Below, piece after piece: positions 45,185 to 55,518 of a stretch of DNA of 64,000 nt. The notes under the pieces were generated by a model. The model was not told the origin of the DNA. It did no database searches and saw only the letters and a program-made list of their open reading frames with translations. The first letter of the stretch is position 1. Each line of letters opens with the position of its first letter. The stretch is from assembly GCA_963785305.1 (NCBI GenBank), contig CAWAUV010000007.1, forward strand, positions 1,344,001 to 1,408,000, written 5' to 3'. The stretch is from an uncultured Planctomycetaceae bacterium (GTDB taxonomy: Bacteria > Planctomycetota > Planctomycetia > Pirellulales > PALSA-1355). The position numbers were made by a program, and so were the translations under genes.

Positions 45185-45386
45185 TTGAATAGCCTCTGGC
45201 GCCGCTGGCGGAACGAGCGCTCGCCGCGGCGCGGGCGTCCGTTCGGCGAGCCGACTTGGACCGAAGCGATGGCAAAGCGCCCGCGTCTAACCTCGCCCCC
45301 GCGACCTCGTGGCCGCCCGCAATCGCATTTTTCCGACACGGCGCCCGACCCCACGCCAAACAATGAGTCCTGACCCCTTAGAATTC
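45185..45386 (+). repeat. Second copy of the RAYT 3' end, inverted relative to 42982-43200
   Basis: Near-identical to the reverse complement of 42982-43200; ends CAATGAGTCCTGACCCCTTAGAATTC. Confidence 0.8.
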
Positions 45387-46206
45387 ACCAAGCCGCCGGT
45401 TCCCTGGCGGCCGAGCTCGGATTGACCGATGAAAAAATCGGAGATCCCACCGGCGCGGGATATGATCGGAAGCAGTTCGCGCTCCAAGCGGATCGATTCA
45501 TCGAAGCGGAAATCCCCGACGCCGCGGCCGACGCCGGGGAACTTGTGATCCTCGGCGCCGAGTTGATGCCGGGCGGCGCGACGGCGGGGATGCTCGCGCC
45601 ATGCACGACGACCCGCACTATGCGTCTCAACTGACCGTTGGTATGGTGTTGATGACGATCGCCGGCGACGCGGCGAGCCTCGGCAAGGTGCAGGAAGCCG
45701 CCGGAGTCGTCAAGAAATTCTTCACCGCGAAGAAGGCGCGGCAAGTCGAATTAAACGCGCAGCGCGCCGAAAGCGCGCTCGCCCGAGCCGAGGCCGACGC
45801 CGCCGCCGTGGCAGCCGAACAGGCGGAAGTTACCGCTCAAAAAGCGCTGACCGAGCTACAAGGACAGATTCCAAATGCGCATTTCCTGACGCGCCACAGT
45901 CCGAACGTGACGCTGCAAGACCTGCTACACCGAGCGACTGTCGGTATACCAAACAGAGCCGGAAATCTAATTAAGAACGATGCTTCGCGATTTCTCAGCT
46001 ACATCGGCATGCAGCAAGCGGTAGAAAAAGCACTTGCATCCTATAAAGCAGGTGGCGCTAATAGTGGTCGCATAATAATTGACATGCTTCGTCCGATTGG
46101 CGAAGGATATTTAAAAAATAGCAACACATTAGTAACCACCACAAAAATAGTTGCTTTGTTTGACAAATATGGGCAGCTAATTACGATTTTTCCTAAACTA
46201 AAGTAA
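45387..46206 (+). pseudogene. 5'-truncated polymorphic toxin with an RNase-like C-terminal tip
   Basis: Ala-rich pre-toxin linker, then AT-rich tip with HFLTRH, ASRF, IGEGY and LITIFP; apparent frameshift near 45600. Confidence 0.6.
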
Positions 46207-46218
46207 AAGGTGCTTTAG

Positions 46219-46620
46219 ATGCGGCAGGTGAATTACTATTTAATCGAAAATGCGATGATCCCCTTGATGGCTGAAAACATCAGACTTAACGGTCAGTTGA
46301 ATATTAATCCGAATGACGAGGTACAACTGCGTAAGCTGTTTCACTTGCATGTTTGCCCAGATGTCGCTCGATGGTTTCCGATTTATCGTGATCGCTTGCG
46401 GCTATCATTGGCATATTATATGAATCGTCCTGAAATACTCGATCGTGTTCTTGCGGCGCAGCAGGACCTCGATATGCCCGAGCCATCCGATATTGTCCGG
46501 TTCTTTATAATTCTCTGGGAGTCTTTATTTCCTACAGACAACTTATCCGCGGTTGATCTTACAGACATTGAAGAAAATAATGACATGATGGAGATAAATT
46601 TAACTCACTGTCCTTCCTGA
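46219..46620 (+). CDS. Putative cognate immunity protein
   Basis: 133 aa, AT-rich, 12 bp after the toxin stop, AAGGTG RBS. Confidence 0.6.
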   Translation: MRQVNYYLIENAMIPLMAENIRLNGQLNINPNDEVQLRKLFHLHVCPDVARWFPIYRDRLRLSLAYYMNRPEILDRVLAAQQDLDMPEPSDIVRFFIILWESLFPTDNLSAVDLTDIEENNDMMEINLTHCPS

Positions 46621-46693
46621 AATCCCCGTGAACGCTCTCGCGTTATTTGAGCGACCTATACCTTTAGGTTCTTATTCGGCATGGAAATAATTT

Positions 46694-48137
46694 GGCTCTT
46701 CCGTTTCCGAGTGTTTTGCTTGGGGATTCGGGATGGTTTTCTGGCGTTCGGGGGTTGGTCGGGTAGAATGGCGTGGAGGAGGCCGGGCGAGTCTCGATTT
46801 TACCTGAATGGAGTGGAGCCATGAATAGCGTCGCCGTCGAGATTGAAATGGATTTTCCGGACGGGGTGGCCGTCCGTGGCTACGAGCGTCATCAAGTCGC
46901 TCATGTGTTCGAGGTGGCCTTCGAGCTGCCCGAGCGCTGCGTGTGCCCAAAATGCCGGCACGAGGCGGTGGCCCAGCTTCGCGAGAAAGATGAAGTGCTC
47001 GCCATCCGCGACCTGGACCTGATGCGCGCGCCGACATTCTGGACCTATCGGCCGTTCTTGCATCAATGTCCCAAGTGCCGGCAGCGGACGCAGGTCGGGA
47101 CGCCGTTCAAGCGTCCGCGCGTGACTTACACCTATCGTTTCGAGCAGTTCGTGCTCGAGCAACTGGTGGGCACGAGCGTCGAGGAGGTGGCGCGGCGCCT
47201 GGGCATCTCCGCCGAGACGGTCGAACGCATCCTGGAGTGGCGCCTGACGAGCGAGCGCGCCATTTCGCCCGAGCGCGTGATCACCAGCGTGGGTCTCGAC
47301 GAATTGAGTCTCAAGAAACGACACAAGTTGTACGCCACGGTGCTCAGCGATCTATCCGATCCGAAGCATCCGCGAATTCTGGCGGTGGCCAAGGGTCGAG
47401 ACCGCGAGGCGACCGAGGCCTGCCTGGCCAAGCTTTCGCCGGAGCAACGGGCCCAAGTCGTCTCGCATCGCACGGACATGAGCGCCGTGTATCCGGAAGT
47501 CTGCAAAAGCTGGCTGCCGAACAGCCAGTTGGTGGTCGATCGTTTTCATGTCGCGAAGAAGCTGGGCGAGATCGTGGACCGCGTGAGAAAAAAACACGCC
47601 ATTTTAAGCTAGCACTCTCGCGGGCCGAGCGCAAGAAATTCCGTAGCCGCATGTGGCTCTACCGCGTCCGCCGCGAGGACTTGACCCCGGAGCAACAAAC
47701 CGAGTTGGACGACCTGCTGACCACGATTCCGGAACTGCAACAGGCTTATCATTTCCGGGAGGAAGTGGCGGAGATCTTCGATGGGTCGCGGGACCGCGAG
47801 GAAGCATCGCGGCGACTGGAGGAGCTGCGCGAAATGGTGTCGGGCGAGCCGGAGTTGCTCCAATGGTTCGCGCTCTACGATCGCTGGCGCGACGGCATCC
47901 TGGCGTACCTGGACCGCCGCGAGACGAGCGGCCCGGTGGAAGGCCTGAACAACAAGGCGCGGGTCATCACGCGGCGTAGTTATGGGATCAAGAACACCGA
48001 TAGTTTGTGGAAACGCTTGGTGCTGGACATCAACCACTTCCACGCCGCCACCCGCCGCCGCGTGCCCGACCTCCACGCCCTGGCCCGCGCCATCCAAGCA
48101 AGATTCCGGGCTTATTACATTTAGAAACGGAAGAGCC
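46694..48137 (+). mobile_element. ISL3-family element
   Basis: Perfect 14-bp IRs GGCTCTTCCGTTTC; no direct repeat. Confidence 0.9.
46821..48124 (+). CDS. ISL3 transposase, two ORFs joined by a -1 shift at A7 (47588-47594)
   Basis: CPKC twice, GLDELSLKKRH, DMS, DRFHV, TSGPVEGLNNK..RRSYG. Confidence 0.9.
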
Positions 48138-48139
48138 CG

Positions 48140-48343
48140 AAATGCTTAACAGTTACTGAAGTCTACCTTCGGCAATTACAATCGCGCGTTCTCCGAAGTC
48201 AATGTATCCCAGAAGAGCCGAATACGTGGTTAGTGGAACGCGCCGGCGAATTTTGGAGTGCTAGGCGCGATTTGCTCGCCGCGTCGTTCAATGACTTTCT
48301 AAAAGAATCTCTTGTTAATCGCCGACTCTTGGCTTCGGCGTGA
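48140..48343 (+). pseudogene. Possible C-terminal fragment of a DUF262/GmrSD-like protein
   Basis: Own translation: ..VYLRQLQSRVLRSQCIPEEPNTWLVERAGEFWSARRDLLAASFNDFL..*. Confidence 0.4.
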
Positions 48344-48478
48344 GTGCGAATTTCCGTTTTATCGAGTCACGGAAGGGACGATAATATGACGGGACGCGGA
48401 AAGAGCGGAGCCTACCTGTAATGTTGCGTCGGCCCGGCCGGAGCCGAGCAATGAACGCAATCGACGCGCGAGAGTGCG

Positions 48479-49432
48479 TCAAAACGATTCGATGGTCAAG
48501 GCGTGCTCGCGCATAAACGCGATCGCCTCCTCGCGCGTGAATACGCTCTCGGTGGCGCTCACGCCGCGCACGCAACTCGCCCCCGCCGCGCTTGCCCAGC
48601 GGAGGCAGCCGCTGGGGCTCTCGCCGGCCAAGAGACCCGCGATATAGCCGGCGTCGAAGGCGTCGCCCGAGCCGGTTCCGCCACGATATTCGGTCGGGTA
48701 CACGCCGGCCCGAAGCCGCGAGCCATCGGCCGAGAGTAGCAGGCTGCCGGCGGCGCCTTGGGTGATGACCACCGTGCGAGCGCCGGCCGCGCGAAAGCGA
48801 ACCGCTTGGCCCAGGGCATCGTCTTCGCCGGTCAGGAGCCGAGCTTCATCGTGATTCGGAAGAAAAACATCGGTCTCGGCGAGCACCGGCGCCAAGCGCG
48901 GCCAATGGTCGCCCCCGCCCGGCAGCACGATATCGAGCACGGTAATGACGCCCGCCCGCCGGGCTTGGCGAAAGAGCGCGGCGAGTCCGTCGGGCTCGAG
49001 GTTGGCCATCATCAGATACCCGCCGACATAAAACACCTTGGCGGCCAACACCTGTTCGAGCGGAATTTGCTCGACCCGCACCTGGGCGCTCGCGCCAGCC
49101 GAGTGAATGAAGCGGCGGTCTTGGCCTTGGACATTGATGATGAGAGTGCTCGAGGTCTCGGCGCTTTCGATTTGGAGAATGTCGTCGACCCCGGCGCCGG
49201 CGGCTCGTAGCGAGTCGATGAGGAACTGCCCGAGCGGATCGCGTCCGACACAGCCCAGGGTTCGCACTCGGACGCCAAGTCGCGCGAGGTCGACGGCCAC
49301 ATTGGCCGCGCAGCCGCCGATGCCGAGCGGCAAGCGATCGACCACCACCAGCTCGCCCGGCGAAGGCGCATGGGGGATCGGATCGCATAGGTGATCGACC
49401 ACCAGGATTCCAAGGCTGAGGCAATCGTGCAT
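48479..49432 (-). CDS. PfkB-family carbohydrate kinase
   Basis: GGCAANVA, VGRDPLG, PNHDEA, GTGSGDAFDAG. Confidence 0.9.
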   Translation of the reverse strand: MHDCLSLGILVVDHLCDPIPHAPSPGELVVVDRLPLGIGGCAANVAVDLARLGVRVRTLGCVGRDPLGQFLIDSLRAAGAGVDDILQIESAETSSTLIINVQGQDRRFIHSAGASAQVRVEQIPLEQVLAAKVFYVGGYLMMANLEPDGLAALFRQARRAGVITVLDIVLPGGGDHWPRLAPVLAETDVFLPNHDEARLLTGEDDALGQAVRFRAAGARTVVITQGAAGSLLLSADGSRLRAGVYPTEYRGGTGSGDAFDAGYIAGLLAGESPSGCLRWASAAGASCVRGVSATESVFTREEAIAFMREHALTIESF

Positions 49433-49658
49433 GGCGGGAAATCCGAAATCCGGGAAATCCGTGGATGGGGAAACCGCATTGACCTCGCGGGCGAATTGAC
49501 CTATGGTTCGCGCTTGATAGCGCCGCGACGTTTTTTGCCGCCCGCCGACAAGATACACCCCAGCGCAGCGCTTGCCCAGCCGATCGCCGGCCTATTGTTG
49601 CCGGCCGATCGCGCAGCGCGCGTTGCTTGTCAACCGGGCTCTTCGGGAGGTGTATCGT

Positions 49659-50999
49659 ATGACGGCGCGATCGGGAATGTCTTGGCTGGCTCTTGCATGC
49701 GGGCTGTTCACCGCCTCGCTTTACGCAGCCGACGAAACTGCCCCGCCGGCGACAAACGCCACCGCTACGTCGCCGCGCGGCGATTCCGTCGCCCAAGTCG
49801 CGCGGCTGATCCACTCGCTGGGCGATTCGGATTACACGCTCCGCCAAAGCGCCGACGATCAGCTTGTGCGTCTGGGCGCCGAGGCTCGCGAGCCGCTGCT
49901 CGCGGCGCTTCGCTCCGACGACGCCGAAGTTCGCCTACGAGCCCAATCCCTCATCGACCGTATTCTGGTGGCCGAGCTCTGGGCGCCGAGCATGGCCCAG
50001 GCGCCGCTGGCCCACGAGCCGGCGAGCCGCGGGTTCGAGGCCGTGGCGCGCGAGACGCACAACCATTTGTTCATGGGCGACGCGCATTCCTCGGCCGCCG
50101 ATCCGGCCATCGACCTGAGCGCCGAAGCGCGGCCCTTCTGGCAAGCGGTCGATGAATTGTGCCGCAAGAGCGGGAACCATGTGCGGCCAAACTACGATTC
50201 GCATTCCCCCGGTTTGATCGTCGTGGCCGGCGCGGCGGGACAATTTCCAACCGCCTATGCCGGCCCCCTGCGGGCGCAGCTCACCGGCGCCCGGCGGCTC
50301 TTTGCCGAGGAACTCGACTTCGAGAGCGGCAAGTCGAGCGTCACGCACACCTTCCAGTTCAATGTGCAGTTCATGTGGGAAGATCGCTTGCGACTCGTGG
50401 CCTACACCTCGGGTCCGACGCTGGTCGAGGCGATTGCGAGCGATGGCAAGCCGGTGGTTTCGACCAGCGCGAGCGGAGTCGCCTGGAATGTGACCAACGC
50501 CAGCACCCGGCAAGTGACGGCGAGCATGCGGATCACGCCGCCGCCGATCGACGCCAAGACGCTCTCGGTCTTGCGGCTTAAATGGGGCTTGGTGGCGGTG
50601 GGCGATATGCGGACCGCGCGCTTCGAGCCGCTCGTGGCCAAGGCGCGGTTTCAACATGGCGACCTGTCGGCGCAGGTGGAATCGCTCGAACGGCAAAGCG
50701 CCGGTCGCACCGAGCTCACGCTCATACTAGCTCGCGACCTCGCGGCGCCCGAACCGCAAGAAGCGCTGCTCGAGGAAAACAATGTCGAACTGCTCGATCA
50801 GAACGGCGTTCGCTTCCGCCCGTTGAATCAGTCGAATTCGCTCACCGAGGGCGGAGTGCAAATGAAGTTGAGCTTCGTGGGCGAATCGGCGGAGAGCCAG
50901 CCCGCGGCGCTCGAAATCACCTATCCGCGGCTCCGCAGTCGCCGCGAGCTTGAAATCGTGTTTCGCGAGGCGCCGCTGCCCGTGGGCCGGCCGGAGTGA
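49659..50999 (+). CDS. Hypothetical secreted protein with N-terminal HEAT-like repeat
   Basis: Signal peptide (..ASLYA), L..LGD..Y..R..A...L...DAEVR.RA. Confidence 0.75.
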   Translation: MTARSGMSWLALACGLFTASLYAADETAPPATNATATSPRGDSVAQVARLIHSLGDSDYTLRQSADDQLVRLGAEAREPLLAALRSDDAEVRLRAQSLIDRILVAELWAPSMAQAPLAHEPASRGFEAVARETHNHLFMGDAHSSAADPAIDLSAEARPFWQAVDELCRKSGNHVRPNYDSHSPGLIVVAGAAGQFPTAYAGPLRAQLTGARRLFAEELDFESGKSSVTHTFQFNVQFMWEDRLRLVAYTSGPTLVEAIASDGKPVVSTSASGVAWNVTNASTRQVTASMRITPPPIDAKTLSVLRLKWGLVAVGDMRTARFEPLVAKARFQHGDLSAQVESLERQSAGRTELTLILARDLAAPEPQEALLEENNVELLDQNGVRFRPLNQSNSLTEGGVQMKLSFVGESAESQPAALEITYPRLRSRRELEIVFREAPLPVGRPE

Positions 51000-51058
51000 G
51001 CGGCGGTATCCAATGGCGCTTTCGGTTCGCCGCGAGGCCCCCCCGGTCGCGGTTATCG

Positions 51059-52444
51059 CTATTTCGAGGGCGCCAACAAATGCCGGTTGGCCATCGAGAT
51101 GCCGCTGACGATCGCCCCGATGATGCCCACGAAGCCTTGGTCGGTGCCGCAGAGAAATAGATTCTTGAGATGCGTGGCCCCGTCCCACGCTTTCTCGGGC
51201 GAGCCATACACGGCGCCGCCTTCGTGCCAGGTGAAGCGGCGAATCGTGGTGGGCGTGAATGTGTCGGTGTCGACCACGGCGTGGCGAAAGTCGGGAATGA
51301 ACCGCGTGGCGCTGCTCACGATTTGATCGTAGGCCCGGAGCTTGGCGAGGCGATAGTCTTCCGCGTCGAGCGAATTCCAGAGCTCGTAGTTGGCCAGCGC
51401 CGTGATGCGGAGCACGCCTTCGGCGAGCGGCTCGTCGTAGGCGAAATTATTCGGCGAGCAGATCACGCCGCTGGCCGGGTCGACGAGCGTGTCGGGCTTT
51501 TGCCAATGAAAAGTCTCGCTGTCGTTGAAGAACACCACGGTGCGGGTCGAGCCGAGCTGCCGCGGCTGGGTGTTGAGCACGCTCACGGCCTCGACGAACG
51601 ACAGCCGCCCGGCCGCCGGAAGCTCCGCCTGGCTCACGTCGTCGCACATGCGCATCGTTTCCAGCCAGCCGGCGCTCGACAGCACTCGCTCGGCCTCGAG
51701 CTCGCTGCCATCGTCGAGCACCACGCCGGCGACCCGGCCATCGACCACGTGCAGCCTCTGAACTCCGGCTCGCAGCCGCAGCTCGCCGCCGAGCTCCTTG
51801 AAACGGCGCACGAGATTCTTGAGAATCAGCCGTACTCCGGCCCAAGGGCGGGCAAAGCCTTCCATGTAAATGCCGCGAAACAGGATCGAGAAGCTGGCGA
51901 AATCCATGTCGTGCTCGCGGCCGTTGCCGTAGTACATCAGCGGCGCGAGAATCATTTCGCTCAAAAGCGGGTCGCCGAGGTGTTGCGAGAGAACCTGTCG
52001 GGCCGAGCGGCCATCGGGCAGGTTATCGAGCTCGTCGTAGTCGAGAATGCTGGCGGCCAGGCGATTGAAGTTGTCGCGCTCCCCGGGGAAATGCCGCGCC
52101 ACTTCGCTCCGCAGTCGCTCGAAGTCGTTGTCGAATTCGAGCGTCACACCCGGAAACATGATCGCCGAGCCGAGCTGCGGCGAGAGCGAGAAGTCGTCCC
52201 AGTTGAAGCGGAGTTGCCGGAGCAGCCGGGCGAGCGGGCCTTTCTTGGCGCCTTTGGGCGTGAAATTCGTCACGGCGTGCAGCCCGACATCGTAATTGCG
52301 CCCACCCTGGCGATAAAACGAATTGAGCCCGCCGATGGTCGTGTGCCGCTCGAGAATGCAAACCCGCTGGTCGAAGTAAGCAGCGCGAATGCCGGCGGCC
52401 AGTCCCGACATGCCCGCGCCGATAATGATCGCGTCGTAGGTCAT
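51059..52444 (-). CDS. Phytoene desaturase (CrtI)-like FAD oxidoreductase
   Basis: IIIGAGMSGL, ERH..IGG, TPTTI.RFT...GAVYG, LFLCGTDQG. Confidence 0.85.
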   Translation of the reverse strand: MTYDAIIIGAGMSGLAAGIRAAYFDQRVCILERHTTIGGLNSFYRQGGRNYDVGLHAVTNFTPKGAKKGPLARLLRQLRFNWDDFSLSPQLGSAIMFPGVTLEFDNDFERLRSEVARHFPGERDNFNRLAASILDYDELDNLPDGRSARQVLSQHLGDPLLSEMILAPLMYYGNGREHDMDFASFSILFRGIYMEGFARPWAGVRLILKNLVRRFKELGGELRLRAGVQRLHVVDGRVAGVVLDDGSELEAERVLSSAGWLETMRMCDDVSQAELPAAGRLSFVEAVSVLNTQPRQLGSTRTVVFFNDSETFHWQKPDTLVDPASGVICSPNNFAYDEPLAEGVLRITALANYELWNSLDAEDYRLAKLRAYDQIVSSATRFIPDFRHAVVDTDTFTPTTIRRFTWHEGGAVYGSPEKAWDGATHLKNLFLCGTDQGFVGIIGAIVSGISMANRHLLAPSK

Positions 52445-52515
52445 ATGCAATCCGCCGCGGTCCCGTTCCCCGGGGCTCTTTCGAGACCCCGGCCGGCGCG
52501 GCGCCGGGCTCGGCC

Positions 52516-52767
52516 TCACAGGTCTTTCATCAGCGGTTCGAGATAGTTTACCGTGCTTTGCATCGAGGCCAGGGCCGTGTAGTCTTCCTCGGGCACTTGC
52601 ACTCGGTAACGCTTGCGGAGCTCCATCACGATATCGAGAAAGTCCATGCTGTCGAGCTCGAGTTGCTCGCGGAAGGAAACGTCGTCCTTCAAATTGCCGA
52701 GGTCCTCTTCCGGCGCGATATCGCTGAGGATGTCTTTCACGGCTTCTCTAATCTCGGCAGGTGTCAT
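52516..52767 (-). CDS. Acyl carrier protein
   Basis: 83 aa, acidic, LDSMD phosphopantetheine site. Confidence 0.92.
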   Translation of the reverse strand: MTPAEIREAVKDILSDIAPEEDLGNLKDDVSFREQLELDSMDFLDIVMELRKRYRVQVPEEDYTALASMQSTVNYLEPLMKDL

Positions 52768-52939
52768 GCCCGAAGGGTCTCCGCGTTGAAGGCTGTGGGT
52801 GATTCGGAAGTAATCGGTTGTACCGACCGCCGGCGCGAGGGCTTCTGATGCCGTGGCGTTTGGGTCCGCGCGGCGGGCTCGGCCGGACGGCGAATCGTGG
52901 TTCGCTCGGGCAAACTCGCGAGCCGCCGAAGCGGGACCG

Positions 52940-54244
52940 TCAGTAGCGTTTGATGACCACCACCGAATTGATGCCGAGCATGCCGAACGAATTGTTCAGA
53001 ATATACTCGACGCCGCGAGTTTCGCGAGGCTGGTTGAGCACCAATCCGTCCAAATGGCACTCGGGGTCGAGCTCGTCGACATTGACCGTGGCGTGGCACA
53101 CGCGGTCTTGGAAGGCCGGCAAATTGCCACACAGTTCGAGCGCCCCGGCAGCGCCCATCGTGTGGCCGATAAAGCTTTTAGCGTTGTTGAACAGGGTCCG
53201 CTCGCTGCCTTGAAACACGCTCCTGAGGGCCGCGCATTCCTGCACATCGCCCAGGCCGGTGCCCGTGGCGTGGGTGCTCACGATATCGATCTGCTCGGGT
53301 CCGACGCCGGCCCGCTTGAGCGCCAGGCGGACACACTCGGCCTGCCGCGCCGGATTGGGCAACACGAAGTCGCTGGCGTCGCTGTTCATGGCGTAGCCGA
53401 CCAGTTCGCCATAAACGCGGGCCCCGCGGCGGCGGGCGTCGCTCAGCCGCTCGAGCACCACCAGCGCCCCGCCCTCGGAGACCACGATGCCGTTGCGATT
53501 CACGTCGAACGGCCGACTGGCCTTGGCCGGGTCGATGTGCGAAGCGAGCGCCTCCTGGCTTTTGAAACTGGCGAAAATCCCGAAAGTGCGCACACTCTCC
53601 GACACTCCGCCGGCTAGGGCCAGATCGCATTCGCCCAGCCGCAGCATTTGGGCCCCTTGGATCAGGCCGGCGTTGCCCGCGGCGCAGGCGGCGCCGATCG
53701 TGTAGTGCGGGCCGGTGATGCCCAGGTTCAGCGAGATTTCGCCCGCCGGATTGTTGGCCACGGTGCGCGGGTTATGGTGATGCGACCAGAATTTCGTGTC
53801 GTAGTCGAAGCTCTTGAGCTCGAAAATTTCGTTTTCGGTCTCGACATTGCCGTGTTCGGTCACGCCGACATAAACGCCGACCTGAGATTTGTCGACATTG
53901 GCCCAGTCGACGCCCGAATCGGCGATCGCCTCGCGGGCACAGTAGATCGCCACGCTGCCGGCGCGAGTGCCGCGGCGCAGGTCCTTGCGGTTCTGATGGC
54001 GGAGCTCGTCGAAATTGCAGATGCCGGCCACGGTCTGGCCGACATAGCGAATGTCATAGGCAGTCACTCCGCTCCGGCCGGCGAGCAAGCTCTCGCGAAA
54101 CTCGGCGAGATTATTGCCATTGGGCGCCGTGAGGCCGATGCCGGTAATGACGATCCGGCTCTCGGGCGACCTTTCGGCGCCGGGCGCCGCCGCGGCCTGG
54201 CTGGCGGAAGAATGGCTCGGAGTATCGTTGGCGCCGGCGATCAT
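52940..54244 (-). CDS. fabF: Beta-ketoacyl-ACP synthase II family
   Basis: IVITGIG, AACAAG, SRPFD..RNG, HATGT, KSFIGH, NNSFG; start uncertain. Confidence 0.88.
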   Translation of the reverse strand: MIAGANDTPSHSSASQAAAAPGAERSPESRIVITGIGLTAPNGNNLAEFRESLLAGRSGVTAYDIRYVGQTVAGICNFDELRHQNRKDLRRGTRAGSVAIYCAREAIADSGVDWANVDKSQVGVYVGVTEHGNVETENEIFELKSFDYDTKFWSHHHNPRTVANNPAGEISLNLGITGPHYTIGAACAAGNAGLIQGAQMLRLGECDLALAGGVSESVRTFGIFASFKSQEALASHIDPAKASRPFDVNRNGIVVSEGGALVVLERLSDARRRGARVYGELVGYAMNSDASDFVLPNPARQAECVRLALKRAGVGPEQIDIVSTHATGTGLGDVQECAALRSVFQGSERTLFNNAKSFIGHTMGAAGALELCGNLPAFQDRVCHATVNVDELDPECHLDGLVLNQPRETRGVEYILNNSFGMLGINSVVVIKRY

Positions 54245-54660
54245 GCCACCGTCCTTGGAAAACGCGTTGCGAGAGAAATGAACCGGAGAACGACAAAAAG
54301 CCGAAGGCATTCGGTCGCACGACGGACAAATTGCACGGGGAGAAAAACCATGAAGTATTCCGACGGGGGGGAAGCCAGCCACGCCGCCTTCGATTTATTG
54401 AACCGCCCCGGCGGGATCAATCGTTCGGGCGATCCGCGTCGAATGCCCGGGCCGAATCTCGCCGCCATTGGGGGCATCGCCCAGCATCCGCGCAAGGGCC
54501 ACCGCCCACGGCGGCGGAGCTCCCGTTGATTTCAAGTTAACGCGATGCGCGGCTGTTGACAAGCGCCGCCCGCACGCGCGATCGAGCTTGTCGAGCGTCG
54601 GTAACACAATGCGACCGATTGGAGGGGGGGCCGACATTTTCCGTTTTAAGCGTCCTGATT

Positions 54661-55518
54661 CTACTTCGAGGTCTTCAAGGCCTCGTTCATGAATTTCCAT
54701 AACGCCTGTGTCGGTTGGTCGTCGAGAAGGCCCAGGTCGGAGTTGATCGTGCCGTGGTTTTTGCCGGCGGCGGCGATCCGTGCGGCCGCGATGCCGTGGG
54801 CTTGGAGTTCGGCGCCCAGCCGCTCGGCCTGCTTCGTGGTGAGCGGATTGTCGGCCACGTGCAGGATCAAGAATGGCGGGATGTTTTTGCCCTTCGCGAC
54901 GTGCGTCACGGGCGAGAGGGCCTTTTGATCGTCGGGGGCGCCAAACTTTCGCGCGTGGCTGGCGGCGCTTTTCGCCGGCTCGGTGGCGATTTGGAGCGGC
55001 ACATCGTAGGTGTCGCCGTCGACCGGCACGCAGCCTTTGACGATCGAGAGCGGCAGCCCTTCGGCTTTTAGATACATGTCATCGGTGCAAACGAGCGCCG
55101 CCAATTGGGCCCCGGCCGAGTGGCCGCCGACAAAGATCGCCTTCGGATCGCCGTCGTGGTCCTTGGCCCGATCGCATGTCCAGCGGATCGCCTTCGCCAC
55201 ATCGCCGGCCATTTGCCCGATCGTGGCCTCGGGCGCCAAGCGGTAATTGATCGAGACGAAAATGAATCCCTTGTCGACAAACGCCCGCGGCTTGCTCTGC
55301 ACGTCGCGCTTGTCGCCCTGCTCCCAGCCGCCGCCATGAATCCAAAACACGATCGGATGGTCCTTGCCGTCTTTCGGAGCATAAATATCGACAGTCCGCC
55401 GCGGGTTCGTCGGCTCGGCATAGGGCAAATCACGATGCGTCGCCATCTCGGCGGCAAACAGGGGCGCGACGAGCAGCGAGGCGGCGAGGATCGCGATGGA
55501 ATAGGCAACGTATCTCAT
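54661..55518 (-). CDS. Secreted alpha/beta hydrolase (carboxylesterase)
   Basis: Signal peptide, HGGGW, NYRL, GHSAG. Confidence 0.9.
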   Translation of the reverse strand: MRYVAYSIAILAASLLVAPLFAAEMATHRDLPYAEPTNPRRTVDIYAPKDGKDHPIVFWIHGGGWEQGDKRDVQSKPRAFVDKGFIFVSINYRLAPEATIGQMAGDVAKAIRWTCDRAKDHDGDPKAIFVGGHSAGAQLAALVCTDDMYLKAEGLPLSIVKGCVPVDGDTYDVPLQIATEPAKSAASHARKFGAPDDQKALSPVTHVAKGKNIPPFLILHVADNPLTTKQAERLGAELQAHGIAAARIAAAGKNHGTINSDLGLLDDQPTQALWKFMNEALKTSK

